Shown in pieces: positions 57,101 to 64,000 of a stretch of DNA of 64,000 nucleotides (positions are counted from its first letter, which is position 1; the number at the start of each line of letters is the position of its first letter). Source of the DNA: a virus; the IMG/VR virus record IMGVR_UViG_3300010885_017276, positions 60,056 to 124,055 of that record, one strand, 5' to 3'. Below the pieces are notes generated by a model, which had not been told where the DNA came from, made no database searches, and saw nothing but the letters and a program-made list of their open reading frames with translations. A program made the translations under genes and the position numbers.

Positions 57101-59292
57101 TTTATTGGGTCATCTGTTCCAAATGTGCTTGGTGCGCCAGTTCCAGTATCAAATTGTGAGTAATCGTAACCTAGTGGATTAGTGATGTCATACTCAGCTT
57201 CTGTTACTGCAACAGTACCTGATCCTGTTACAATAGTATTATGCATCAAGCAATTAGTAACTGCTGGCATATTAGAATATTGAGTAGGAAATACTTTTTC
57301 TACATAGTTTTCCACTAATCCATTAACATTGTCTACTACTATCTCTTCTACTGGATCTCCTAATACTACACAGTCCATTCCTGAAAATGGGTCTGAATCA
57401 CAAATTACTCCAGAATATAAATCTGGGTCTAAGTAATCACACAAGCTTTCGTATGGCCCTACAGGGTCATCTGCTGGATCTGGTATAGATGATGTAGGAA
57501 ATGAATCTAAAAATACGCAATCGGGTGCGTATAGTGCAAGGTACTCTTCAAAGCTAGTATACTCAGCATCGTCTGTTTCTACTACCAATATACCTGCTGG
57601 TACTGTAGCTATATCTTCTGCTGTACAAGTTTTAGTAATTACATCTGTTACATCTACGTAATCAATTTCTTGTGTAGCTGGGCATAGTGCTTCTTCATCT
57701 TCTTTTCCAGTGTTGTAGTACTGCCATCTGTATAACCTGTTTGTTGTATTACAGTCTAGTAAGTTTTCTAGTATAGAGTTTACGTCTGCTTCTGTAGGCC
57801 CTTCAATAGCTACCGGAGTTGGTCCAGTTGTATCTACTAATTCCTCCATGTCATAAGGATCTCCAAAAGGTACATCATCAAAATTTGTAGGCATTCTTGC
57901 TATAAGTGGAAATATCGAAGTTTCGTATCCCCCATCTAGTAAAAATCGAATACCAAATGGTACTACCTCATCTCGGTTATACCCTAGGTACTTAGAAGAT
58001 AATGCACCGTCTTCGTATAAGTTTTCAGGTGCTATGTGTGTTTGCCATTGTAGGAATTGACCCATAAGGTTTACCACTGGCTGTAAATTGATTTCTTTCT
58101 TCTTTGTTATTCCATATTGAAACAGTATACTATTGGAAGCTCTGAGTCCCTCTGCTTGTTCAACATGTATTTTATCTATAAGTAATGCATCTATGGAAGT
58201 AGTGACCTTATCTTGCTCTGTTCCATATATTACTGTGTTGTCATTTATTGTGTGCACTCCTTCTATAAAATATCTAACAGCACCTTCTATGTCAGCTGTC
58301 TGAATTACTGCAACTTTATAGTGTGAGTATTTTTTATCTAGGCCGCTAACTTCTAGCTTAATAGATAAGTTAGTTCTATTAGCTAAGTCCGGTTGTGTTA
58401 ATACTCGATTGTTTTTATCGAATATAGATACAGGATTTGTAATAGAATAATAAGGTGATATCTCATTACCCATTGGATCACAATAAGCCAATAAGAATTG
58501 GTATACTCCCATTTTTAGTCTACCACCAAGCTGTATTGATACAGGTTCTATCTGTGGTATATTAAAAAGCTTGAATATTCTAAGCTCGTCAAAGTCCATA
58601 CAATCAGGTGTCTGTAAGTCTACATCACAAGGTACGTTTTGTACAAAGTATCCTTCTAGATCAGTCAAATTAATATGTCTAGGTGGATTGTAATTATCCG
58701 AAAAATAAAGCATTTTACCGCACTTTTCGTTTTTGATAACTATGTTTTTTATAGGGTAGTTTATGTTAAAATTAAATCCTAGTTTGTTTTCTGCATACTC
58801 TGGATCTAATCCTTTATCATAACAAGTATATGAGCCTGTAGTTTTATCTAGGTATAATGCTGAAGTGTCTGATATTAATGTTGTGTAAGTCTGTAATGGA
58901 GTCTGTATTTGATTTTCTAATGGCTCTGATAGTTTTAATATAGTATCACAATCAGTACAGTTTACCAAAGTATCAGGTAGATCATTTGTGTCTTGATTGT
59001 TTTCTATAACGCCAAATTCTCCTACCCCAGTTGTTGTATTAACTAGGAAGAAGTAAGTTGAGTTTGTGTTTATATCATTTTCAAAACCTAATACTCGGAA
59101 CCCATCTTTAAAGTTAGATGCCAAGATATTTGATTTTTCGTTTGTTAAATTTAAACTATTACCGGACTCGTTTTCGGTATTTGCATTAAGAGCATGTGTG
59201 TATTGTGTCTCCTTTAATTGAGATGGATGACTGTCTTTGTCCATCCCCATTTTAACAAATCCTTGATCGGTTTTTATATCCTGTTGTGCCAT
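51178..59292 (-). CDS. Tail stabilisation (muzzle) protein N-part fused to DUF11 and DUF285/BspA-like repeats
   Basis: GMDKD..PSQ...[43 protein letters not shown] and GGDTFI motifs; then DUF11 ([20 protein letters not shown]) and W(D/N)TSSV..M..MF..FNQ repeats. Confidence 0.85.
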   Translation of the reverse strand: MAQQDIKTDQGFVKMGMDKDSHPSQLKETQYTHALNANTENESGNSLNLTNEKSNILASNFKDGFRVLGFENDINTNSTYFFLVNTTTGVGEFGVIENNQDTNDLPDTLVNCTDCDTILKLSEPLENQIQTPLQTYTTLISDTSALYLDKTTGSYTCYDKGLDPEYAENKLGFNFNINYPIKNIVIKNEKCGKMLYFSDNYNPPRHINLTDLEGYFVQNVPCDVDLQTPDCMDFDELRIFKLFNIPQIEPVSIQLGGRLKMGVYQFLLAYCDPMGNEISPYYSITNPVSIFDKNNRVLTQPDLANRTNLSIKLEVSGLDKKYSHYKVAVIQTADIEGAVRYFIEGVHTINDNTVIYGTEQDKVTTSIDALLIDKIHVEQAEGLRASNSILFQYGITKKKEINLQPVVNLMGQFLQWQTHIAPENLYEDGALSSKYLGYNRDEVVPFGIRFLLDGGYETSIFPLIARMPTNFDDVPFGDPYDMEELVDTTGPTPVAIEGPTEADVNSILENLLDCNTTNRLYRWQYYNTGKEDEEALCPATQEIDYVDVTDVITKTCTAEDIATVPAGILVVETDDAEYTSFEEYLALYAPDCVFLDSFPTSSIPDPADDPVGPYESLCDYLDPDLYSGVICDSDPFSGMDCVVLGDPVEEIVVDNVNGLVENYVEKVFPTQYSNMPAVTNCLMHNTIVTGSGTVAVTEAEYDITNPLGYDYSQFDTGTGAPSTFGTDDPIKVLVRNSSFANENCIDALDIILKNDTTTNNAQGYFNNYKISDDLTEVIDTSKSNLAYTTGSTANYTQSFTFVNKDLATAPTAGDTLDIYIDGAFYTATYATSYTQTAINFMTLHEAAIEAANIGCNVTRSGATITITNNASSVAYIEKAVPGVGSGFTMSLSASGYTKYMHKNALWFKGEVEDRKKWIVDLSKQKLESLITNDTAVVNPNNNYRVSLFKSCSDSTPYLSFIVNNVDNGIMILMERVEISPGVYNYDLNVTLSDPTNVSCSTVTILPSPSPTYIANSFSKKYYVVIDTLIESDLIDTNSDKNYIEAPVMGPSTTYYNIAFENRFIVKPTKGCYTITKRDIQYSRIDITWDSIVLAKKFIYTAECTFQQPIVQACKAIPFKRGDFAFWESEQTYADNDELFNSSTLNIASSQIPLSIQSKFEDAFTDGELDGYYKFKTESFGAVSKKVVDFTCRNIRHFRFPDNKVAPFMTDTQISPFGESTVFPLGVTIDETVINSFLDIAVSNGLITKEDRNKITKYEIFRGDIELNRSIVASGLLYDMRKYTEKSKTIHYSNYPYNTYAEDGLNLDSDTSTDALGVVWGQTNRNYTFHSPETDYERPTLPSEMSVQGYVFGMSRGHFDEVKGHPKWTILSAKAKDLAGTLAALEVALEVVLKTSELLIESSKNFRTGYWGGWTWGVDQNFTGSATSIAATVLVGTLMTIEGIVFRYGQKRYEWLKIFRDLGAAHNFAYYYFSEGNYNYLEASQTEGNLLRGTNIIKYLKDGRYILTNQVTAEKITVNNLDREESVFLSFGSHIMSYPPTYRNYDQSSGDSSLTWATLAGVGDQSGRSSEVLKNIASPYVAIKNYLPSQYGTLNSIKWKTTSHVGDLLNPLQSCLSIFGGDTFISRHTLKRKMPMFLVTAMKQADLMPYNYYFYSNIGRNPKFYVSYEINPNFASGSVLFPDIDYGLAFDGGTTHGGNYYEPPSKFYLYYYGVPSFLTETRINTNYRYAGRDPKDSFYPLVGDLGEWTQEETVSIRDRNVFKYNSSYSVGGSLIRSRTLANDYNKSFYDCIQDMPNGIIASLPDSSENSLYDPWLIYRPLDSFDFPSNYGKLKDIVDAESQAILVRFENTSVLYNKVDSKVDDGGQVTAKFLGGNSFFQRRSTSFHNTKLGFGGTQNFAYSSNEYGHFYVDAKRGQVIQVPSGGEGMTEISSVAGDKPSGMRNWFKEHLPFKILRTIKNADIDNPYNGVGISMGWDSRHRRVFITKKDYVPVKDCIEFIEGQGYFYNVSLCENDPSCPDGYSYNPLTELCEGVIQRPADCFDNLTITKTANVFEQFVGGTVVFTVTVTNNEPLVGGFQANDVVVNDELPSGYTLVSATPSTGTWVAPTWTIGTLAPQASATLTLTVTMNATGDFLNIASVTSSNPDISGVDNVASDEVSLIPFIAVFRTTTPNESITLPYLNVGGTYSGTIHWDYQVDPTITSNNQLANITHTYPNIGDHEVRVYGRLEGWAFYNYNPSFMANPNAVSISKIRSILRWGPWKSKIEGAFWGCTNLTLSTVVDTPLAYTNQRFDYMFTGCSSITTINNLNSWDVSQVYVDPSPVTAGFNRMFNNCSNFNSAVSNWDVSNCKVFLNMFNGCDKFNNGMPVGAVGFGLNNWDMSSAITTSAMFANCLVFNQNLAAWKVSTVTNMSGMFYRCLVFNQPLANWERTTVGNTSTLGNVTDMSTMFRLALMFNQNITNWDTSSVITMNAMFSEASAFNQPIGTWDISNAEDLSGMFDRGGGGPTVVFNQNIGSWNTSNVKTIQGMFRNNPAFNNGGSPDINNWVTTSVENMTSVFLSAGSFNQPIGNWDTSSVITMNLMFAGAVLFNQPIGNWDVGNVTNMAAMFNSAYAFDQNIGSWNISSVTLFDNPAASEGFMWGKSNTNFSSANLAAIYDGWSSLPSVQTPINIDFSNINYDTIPGAAGRAILVGTYSWNIVDGIGV

Positions 59293-59304
59293 TATAAGTT
59301 TTTA

Positions 59305-60171
59305 TTATAAGTTTGGAAACATTCGTTCAAATCTGTTGGTCTCGTGAATGATCTTCCTTTTAATATTATTGCTCCAGTTTCTGCCTAAAGATTCAAATTT
59401 TACTTGCGTCATTGCAAGCCCAAAGTATTCTCTTTCTTGTTGTTTGATGTACTGTAGTTTATTAACCAAGTTTACATCATCATCATTTACCCAAAGGTTC
59501 TCTAAGATTTTTCTCTTGACATAATACATCAAGTACTCTTGTAATTGTGTAAAGTCCGGGATATAGATATCTCCACTGTCATCTGTAGGTAATGCATTAT
59601 ACTGCATATAGATAGAGCCCTCTTTGAAATTAGCTTGTATCTTGTTACCAAGTATATTGATTTCGTATGGAGAAGAGGCTGTGAGTTGCTTTTGTAAGTT
59701 TTGACAACCTTGACTACAGTATTCTTTTTTAATACCTTTTGTTAGTCTTAGTAATACCGGATTTTTATATCGGATATTAATGGTTGTATCTGTGTTGTAG
59801 TATACTTTTTCTAGTATCTCTTTGTAGTCTGTTTGTTTATGAGAGTTAGACAAGTTGTCCCAAACATAAGTGTTTTCTATTCTTTGTGTCCAGTATTGAG
59901 AGTCTTGTACATTAGCTTTAGTACCAGCTTCAAACTCATGGCTATCTGCTGTACATTTTACTGCAAACTTCAAACTCCAAAAGTCTTCCGGTAGTTCTGC
60001 TTCTCCGTTTGTAACTTCCACTACTTTTTCTGCAAGCACTGTTATGTTTGATCCAAATCTTTTTAGCTCTGTTTTTATCCAAAGGTTCAAAGACCTGTAA
60101 TCAATTAGTCCACTTTCTTCGTACTGTCTAAAATCTGATAAGATCTCAGCAATCATTTGCTTTCTAGTCAT
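59305..60171 (-). CDS. Tail tubular / ring protein (P22 gp4-like)
   Basis: AELPEDF, Y.I..N.I..NF..G.I...Y...P.D..G...IPD motifs; lies immediately upstream of Tstab as in crAss-like phages. Confidence 0.75.
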   Translation of the reverse strand: MTRKQMIAEILSDFRQYEESGLIDYRSLNLWIKTELKRFGSNITVLAEKVVEVTNGEAELPEDFWSLKFAVKCTADSHEFEAGTKANVQDSQYWTQRIENTYVWDNLSNSHKQTDYKEILEKVYYNTDTTINIRYKNPVLLRLTKGIKKEYCSQGCQNLQKQLTASSPYEINILGNKIQANFKEGSIYMQYNALPTDDSGDIYIPDFTQLQEYLMYYVKRKILENLWVNDDDVNLVNKLQYIKQQEREYFGLAMTQVKFESLGRNWSNNIKRKIIHETNRFERMFPNL

Positions 60172-60176
60172 GTCTT

Positions 60177-60716
60177 TTATATATTATTTCCTGCTTTTTT
60201 TAATCTGTGAAAAAACAAGGAAGCATTAAAGCTATATTTTTTTCCTGATTTCAGACTCTTAGATAAAGCTTTTTTTACGCTTGTACAAAAACTATAATCT
60301 AAAACCCAAGGCTTCAGTATATTAGTTTTATCTATCGGGACGTAAGCTAAGTTATATATCTTATTATCAGTCTTTGGGTTCAACAGTATTGAACCGTCTG
60401 CTTTATTGTGTGAGGGCCTATTTGACATCTCTTGTATTATTCCAAAGTATCCTAGTCCTTCTAAGAATAGTCCTCCTCTTGCCTCTATTAGTTTTTCAGC
60501 GGCTATTTTATAGAACATTGAAATTAACTTGCCGTGTTCTACGTAGTTTGCTACATCCTTTCTATTTGCTAATTTAGAGTTGTTGTTATAGTATTGGTAG
60601 GCTTTGTGATTGATTATAGAAAAACTGTTTTCTAATACTCCTACCGAATGTGCTCTACCTCTAATTCTAAAATGATAAGCAAATGCTGCTTTTGAAAATG
60701 GTTTTTTTGGTGTCAA
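60177..60716 (-). CDS. IHF/HU-like basic protein
   Basis: KIAAEKLIEARGGLFLEGLGYFGI resembles the HU/IHF signature; crAss-like synteny upstream of the tail tubular gene. Confidence 0.6.
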   Translation of the reverse strand: MTPKKPFSKAAFAYHFRIRGRAHSVGVLENSFSIINHKAYQYYNNNSKLANRKDVANYVEHGKLISMFYKIAAEKLIEARGGLFLEGLGYFGIIQEMSNRPSHNKADGSILLNPKTDNKIYNLAYVPIDKTNILKPWVLDYSFCTSVKKALSKSLKSGKKYSFNASLFFHRLKKAGNNI

Positions 60717-60718
60717 AT

Positions 60719-60928
60719 CTAAATGGTGCTAATTTCCTCTGGTTCTGGTAATGAGGGGCCTGTTGAGGGTTCCTGATATTCTGTACCTAATATAGCTAGG
60801 CGGTCTTTTAATTCATCTAGCGTATTAAAATATTCTAGGAAAGGTTGTCCAGTCTCTATTACTTGTCCTTCTAATAGTTCTCCATAATGGAAAACATCTA
60901 TCTCGTTATGTGCTAAAAAATATGTCAT
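60719..60928 (-). CDS. Small acidic protein coupled to the adhesin gene
   Basis: TAATG-coupled to the DUF285 gene. Confidence 0.6.
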   Translation of the reverse strand: MTYFLAHNEIDVFHYGELLEGQVIETGQPFLEYFNTLDELKDRLAILGTEYQEPSTGPSLPEPEEISTI

Positions 60929-62523
60929 TATACTAATCCTCCGTCAATTATAGTCCAGTTATTTGGAGCTGAAGTTAATACTAATTTTGCAGCGTTGGAT
61001 GCTGATGTACGCTTAATTGTATTGAAATTAATTGCTTTATTGGCTAAAACTGGTCTTGATGCCCAACCTATTAATAAAGCATCATAGTTTGCGCTTGAAT
61101 AGTCATTAAATGTTTTACCAGCCATGAAACCAAAGTCATCTATAAAAGTAGTAACTAAATTAACTTTCCAATCACTTATGCTTTGGTTAAACGCAGTCGT
61201 ATTTGTAAATACATCCCCCATATTGGTAACTTTGACAGTATTCCATAAGTTTAATGGTTGATTAAATGATGTTTGAGCAGTAAACATGCTAACTATACTG
61301 GTAACATTAGATACATTCCATAAGTTTAATGGTTGATTAAATGTTCCTGCAAGTTTTAGTGGGTTTGATACTAAATAAGAATAAAACATATAATCCATTC
61401 TTGTTACTAATGCAGTATTCCAAATTCCAATTGGCTGATTAAATAATGGTTGCCCAGTAAACATTTGTAACATTGTTGTTACTTTAGCAGTATTCCAATT
61501 CTTAATAGAGTCACTACCTCCATTGTTAAATTCACCATCAACATTTGTATTTGTGCAATTAAATAAATACGACATATTAGTTACATTAGCAGTATTCCAC
61601 GCACCTATATTCTGGTTAAACTTTATTTGATTACTAAATACTTGTTGCATATTGGTAACTAAACCAGTATTCCAACCACCTATTGATGAAGTTCCTGCAT
61701 TATTAAAAACACCACTTCTTGTTAAACTACATGATAATAGGCCATTCATGGCAGTTACTTTACTTACATCCCATAATCCAATTTCTTGGTTAAACTTAGT
61801 TTGATTTTGGAAAGTTGTAGTTAATAATGTGTTATTTGAAGTATTCCAATTTTTAATTGTGTCTGAACCTCCATTATTAAAACAACCGCTAATTGATGCA
61901 CTAGGAACAGTAACATTAAACATACTACTCATATTAGTAACATTGGACATATTCCATGCTCCAATGTTATCGTCAAAATTATATGCATTTTGAAAAGCAG
62001 AAATAGTATTTACTATATTAGTTGTATTCCATTCGTTTATTCTTCCAACTTTTGTTAATCTATTGCAGGAATTAAACATATTTGCAAATGTTGTAGTTCC
62101 AGTTAAATCCAAAACATCCTCAACTTGTTGTAATTCTAAATTTAGACAACCATAAAAATATGCAGAGCCATTTCCAAGTCTAAAAGCATTTCCCCACTTT
62201 TCAACAGATAGTATTTTTAGTTTATCTCCTGCAAGATTAAACTGCCACCCATAACAAGTACCTGTAATTTTAATCTGGTAGGTTCCTGCTACAGAATAGG
62301 TGTGTGTTGTTTGTGCTTGGTTCCAAATAGTAATTGTATCTGATGTACCATCTCCCCAACTAACCACAAAATTGTATGTACCTGTTGAAACCAAAGGTAA
62401 TTTCACTTGTGTAGCTGTGGAACTTCCAGTACCAATATTAGAAGTGTTCCATGTTGAAACAAACTGATTTGCCCCAAATGGATTGACTACATTGTTTTGA
62501 CCTATACTGGCTAATGTAAGCAT
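60928..62523 (-). CDS. PKD-like plus DUF285/BspA-like repeat protein (candidate fibre/adhesin)
   Basis: VSWGDG..THTY..AGTY, then about 9 WNT..VT.M..MF..FNQ repeats. Confidence 0.85.
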   Translation of the reverse strand: MLTLASIGQNNVVNPFGANQFVSTWNTSNIGTGSSTATQVKLPLVSTGTYNFVVSWGDGTSDTITIWNQAQTTHTYSVAGTYQIKITGTCYGWQFNLAGDKLKILSVEKWGNAFRLGNGSAYFYGCLNLELQQVEDVLDLTGTTTFANMFNSCNRLTKVGRINEWNTTNIVNTISAFQNAYNFDDNIGAWNMSNVTNMSSMFNVTVPSASISGCFNNGGSDTIKNWNTSNNTLLTTTFQNQTKFNQEIGLWDVSKVTAMNGLLSCSLTRSGVFNNAGTSSIGGWNTGLVTNMQQVFSNQIKFNQNIGAWNTANVTNMSYLFNCTNTNVDGEFNNGGSDSIKNWNTAKVTTMLQMFTGQPLFNQPIGIWNTALVTRMDYMFYSYLVSNPLKLAGTFNQPLNLWNVSNVTSIVSMFTAQTSFNQPLNLWNTVKVTNMGDVFTNTTAFNQSISDWKVNLVTTFIDDFGFMAGKTFNDYSSANYDALLIGWASRPVLANKAINFNTIKRTSASNAAKLVLTSAPNNWTIIDGGLV

Positions 62524-62524
62524 A

Positions 62525-63133
62525 TTATGCGTATACTAAGTTTACTACTACATCTCCTGCAACTACTACCCCAGTGTCATTGTCTGCACTACCTGATGTG
62601 ATTGCTAAAGAGATTCCGTTTGAAAAGGCAATTCCTACTGATACTGGTATTACTACACCGGCTGCTTGTACGTTAGCAGGTACTGGTATTGTCATAACTG
62701 GTACGTCAGTTCCTACTGTAGGAGTTGTTGCTTTATCGTAAAGTTTCAGATATCGTACTGTTGATGTAAATCCTATTGCTATGATTGTATATAAGTTTCC
62801 AGCAGAAGCTTTCACTACAGCTGCGTTTGTTGAGGCTGTTGCTATTCTTTTGAATGTTTTTCCCCCGGTAGCTCCGTCTGAAGCTAGGCTAGAAGACATG
62901 AATGTCTCTAAGGAAGCAAGAGTGAAGCTTGCTAATGCAGAGTCTACTAGTGCGTCTACTGAGTACTTCCAAGTTTTTTCTGAATTGTTCTTGTCCCAAG
63001 TTAATACTAATACTGTATTATTATCTTCAAAAGAATAATAAGTATCTTTCAATAGAAGTCTAGTTACAGTGCCTGTATTTAGATCTGTTATGAATAAAAA
63101 GTTGCCTTTCTTTTCTAATTTAATTTTTTTCAT
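62525..63133 (-). CDS. Putative virion structural protein (beta-rich C-terminal domain)
   Basis: VKASAGNLY...YLKLYDKA..P..GT...GI.F..GI pattern; located in the tail gene block. Confidence 0.6.
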   Translation of the reverse strand: MKKIKLEKKGNFLFITDLNTGTVTRLLLKDTYYSFEDNNTVLVLTWDKNNSEKTWKYSVDALVDSALASFTLASLETFMSSSLASDGATGGKTFKRIATASTNAAVVKASAGNLYTIIAIGFTSTVRYLKLYDKATTPTVGTDVPVMTIPVPANVQAAGVVIPVSVGIAFSNGISLAITSGSADNDTGVVVAGDVVVNLVYA

Positions 63134-63141
63134 TTTTTATA

Positions 63142-63810
63142 TTATTTTTCGTTACTGTTTGTATTTGGATTCTCGTCTATAGGTAATTGCTTTTTCATAG
63201 ATACTTCTTTTATTGTTTCCCCGATTACAACTTCTTCTAGTTTATCCGGCACAATAAATTCGTAATCCCAAAGACTTTGACATGTATTATCACTACAAGA
63301 TGAAGCCTCAGATGAACATTCGGTATCTGTTGTTATCAAATATAGATTAACTACTTCTATCTCGGTATCTAATAAGTATAAATATCCGTCCTTTATGTAA
63401 TAGTTAATATAATCTGATGATTCTATCCTTGCTTGATCTCTTCTGTATTGTGATGGAGTTGTAGTTTTAAATTCTTTTTCTCCGTCAACTGTTGTAACTT
63501 CTTTTAAAGTGCTTCCGTATCTACTGTAGATAAGTTTTGGAAGTTTGTTTTTTGATTTCATTATAGACTTACATCTTCTAAATTCTATAATATCACATTT
63601 TGTAACGTCTATGCTATGAAGTTCAAAACAGTCTATTGTTTTATATAGGTTGTCCTCTCGGTACAAGCTTCTATCATTTAACTTTTGAGATATATAGAAT
63701 ATTGCTTTTTGTCTGCCCACATGAAGAATATATCGCTTTGGGATACGGTCATCCTTACTGATTGAGTTCAGTCCATTGGCCACTCTCGATACAAATTCAG
63801 CGTTAGTCAT
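63142..63810 (-). CDS. crAss-like ring/adaptor tail protein
   Basis: CFEL..ID...C...C...KS..KLP, YYIKDGYLY and C...D.EF..P motifs; position in the tail gene block. Confidence 0.65.
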   Translation of the reverse strand: MTNAEFVSRVANGLNSISKDDRIPKRYILHVGRQKAIFYISQKLNDRSLYREDNLYKTIDCFELHSIDVTKCDIIEFRRCKSIMKSKNKLPKLIYSRYGSTLKEVTTVDGEKEFKTTTPSQYRRDQARIESSDYINYYIKDGYLYLLDTEIEVVNLYLITTDTECSSEASSCSDNTCQSLWDYEFIVPDKLEEVVIGETIKEVSMKKQLPIDENPNTNSNEK

Positions 63811-63829
63811 ATTCTTATTTTTTAAGTTG

Positions 63830-63861
63830 CAAATTTATGAATTTTTTTAATGGTTTCCAAA
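63830..63861 (-). promoter_or_regulatory. Bacteroidota-type promoter
   Basis: Minus strand TTTG-N20-TAAATTTG. Confidence 0.75.
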
Positions 63862-63880
63862 TTAGTTAAAAATTTTAAAT

Positions 63881-63908
63881 AAAAAAAGAAGAGGAGCCGA
63901 AGCCCCTC
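63881..63908 (-). terminator. Intrinsic terminator with cUUCGg tetraloop
   Basis: Minus strand gaggggc-ttcg-gctcctc followed by ttcttttttt. Confidence 0.85.
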
Positions 63909-64000
63909 CTCACCCAACAGAAAAAGAGGAAAACCAAAAACCTCTAATCTTTATATTTTAACATTCAGTAGGCGTTATAGCTAGACTTATATAAGGAGAT

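Noticed and set aside
16969-60577. Many + strand ORFs inside the large - strand genes (e.g. 25153..25926, 26668..27279)
   Set aside because: They are antisense shadows of long genes with no motifs or promoters. Only 42998..43498 is retained.
51178-62523. Diversity-generating retroelement
   Set aside because: No reverse transcriptase in the window. The repeats are short, exact and coding, with no adenine-specific TR/VR pair seen.
1-64000. Stop-codon reassignment, as seen in some crAss-like phages
   Set aside because: Multi-kb ORFs are intact in the standard code, and TAA, TAG and TGA all end genes at sensible positions.
1-64000. tRNA or rRNA genes
   Set aside because: Intergenic spaces are short, and I saw no cloverleaf or T-loop GTTCRA in tRNA context by eye.
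63958-64000. 3' end of an upstream - strand gene (...SPYISLAITPTEC*)
   Set aside because: Plausible from its position before a terminator, but too short to support a call.

Overview
This 64 kb AT-rich window is from a crAss-like (Crassvirales-type) podovirus genome with a probable Bacteroidota host, read in the standard genetic code. It has two convergent arms that meet at a bidirectional terminator near 15.85 kb. The + arm (1-15.7 kb) carries replication and nucleotide genes: nrdB end, nrdA, GH73-like muramidase, HNH-like nuclease, DnaB-like helicase, dNMP kinase, two calcineurin-like phosphoesterases, family A DNA polymerase and an AEP primase. It also holds an array of small paralogous genes with repeated junctions. 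The - arm (15.9-64 kb) carries virion genes: ring/tail tubular proteins, an IHF-like protein, DUF285 adhesins, a split tail-stabilisation protein and seven very large putative ejected (cargo) proteins. The most striking signal is three adjacent proteins (2181, 903 and 645 aa) built from unrelated modules punctuated by about 30 copies of a [Y/F/M]-x-x-G-G motif, suggesting a processed or tagged polyprotein cargo system. A 2571-aa polyvalent protein carries WCT, solenoid, HExxH, JAB/RadC and GNAT modules. Twelve host-type Bacteroidota promoters are visible and I found no virion RNAP motif. All product calls come from reading motifs by eye; no searches were run.
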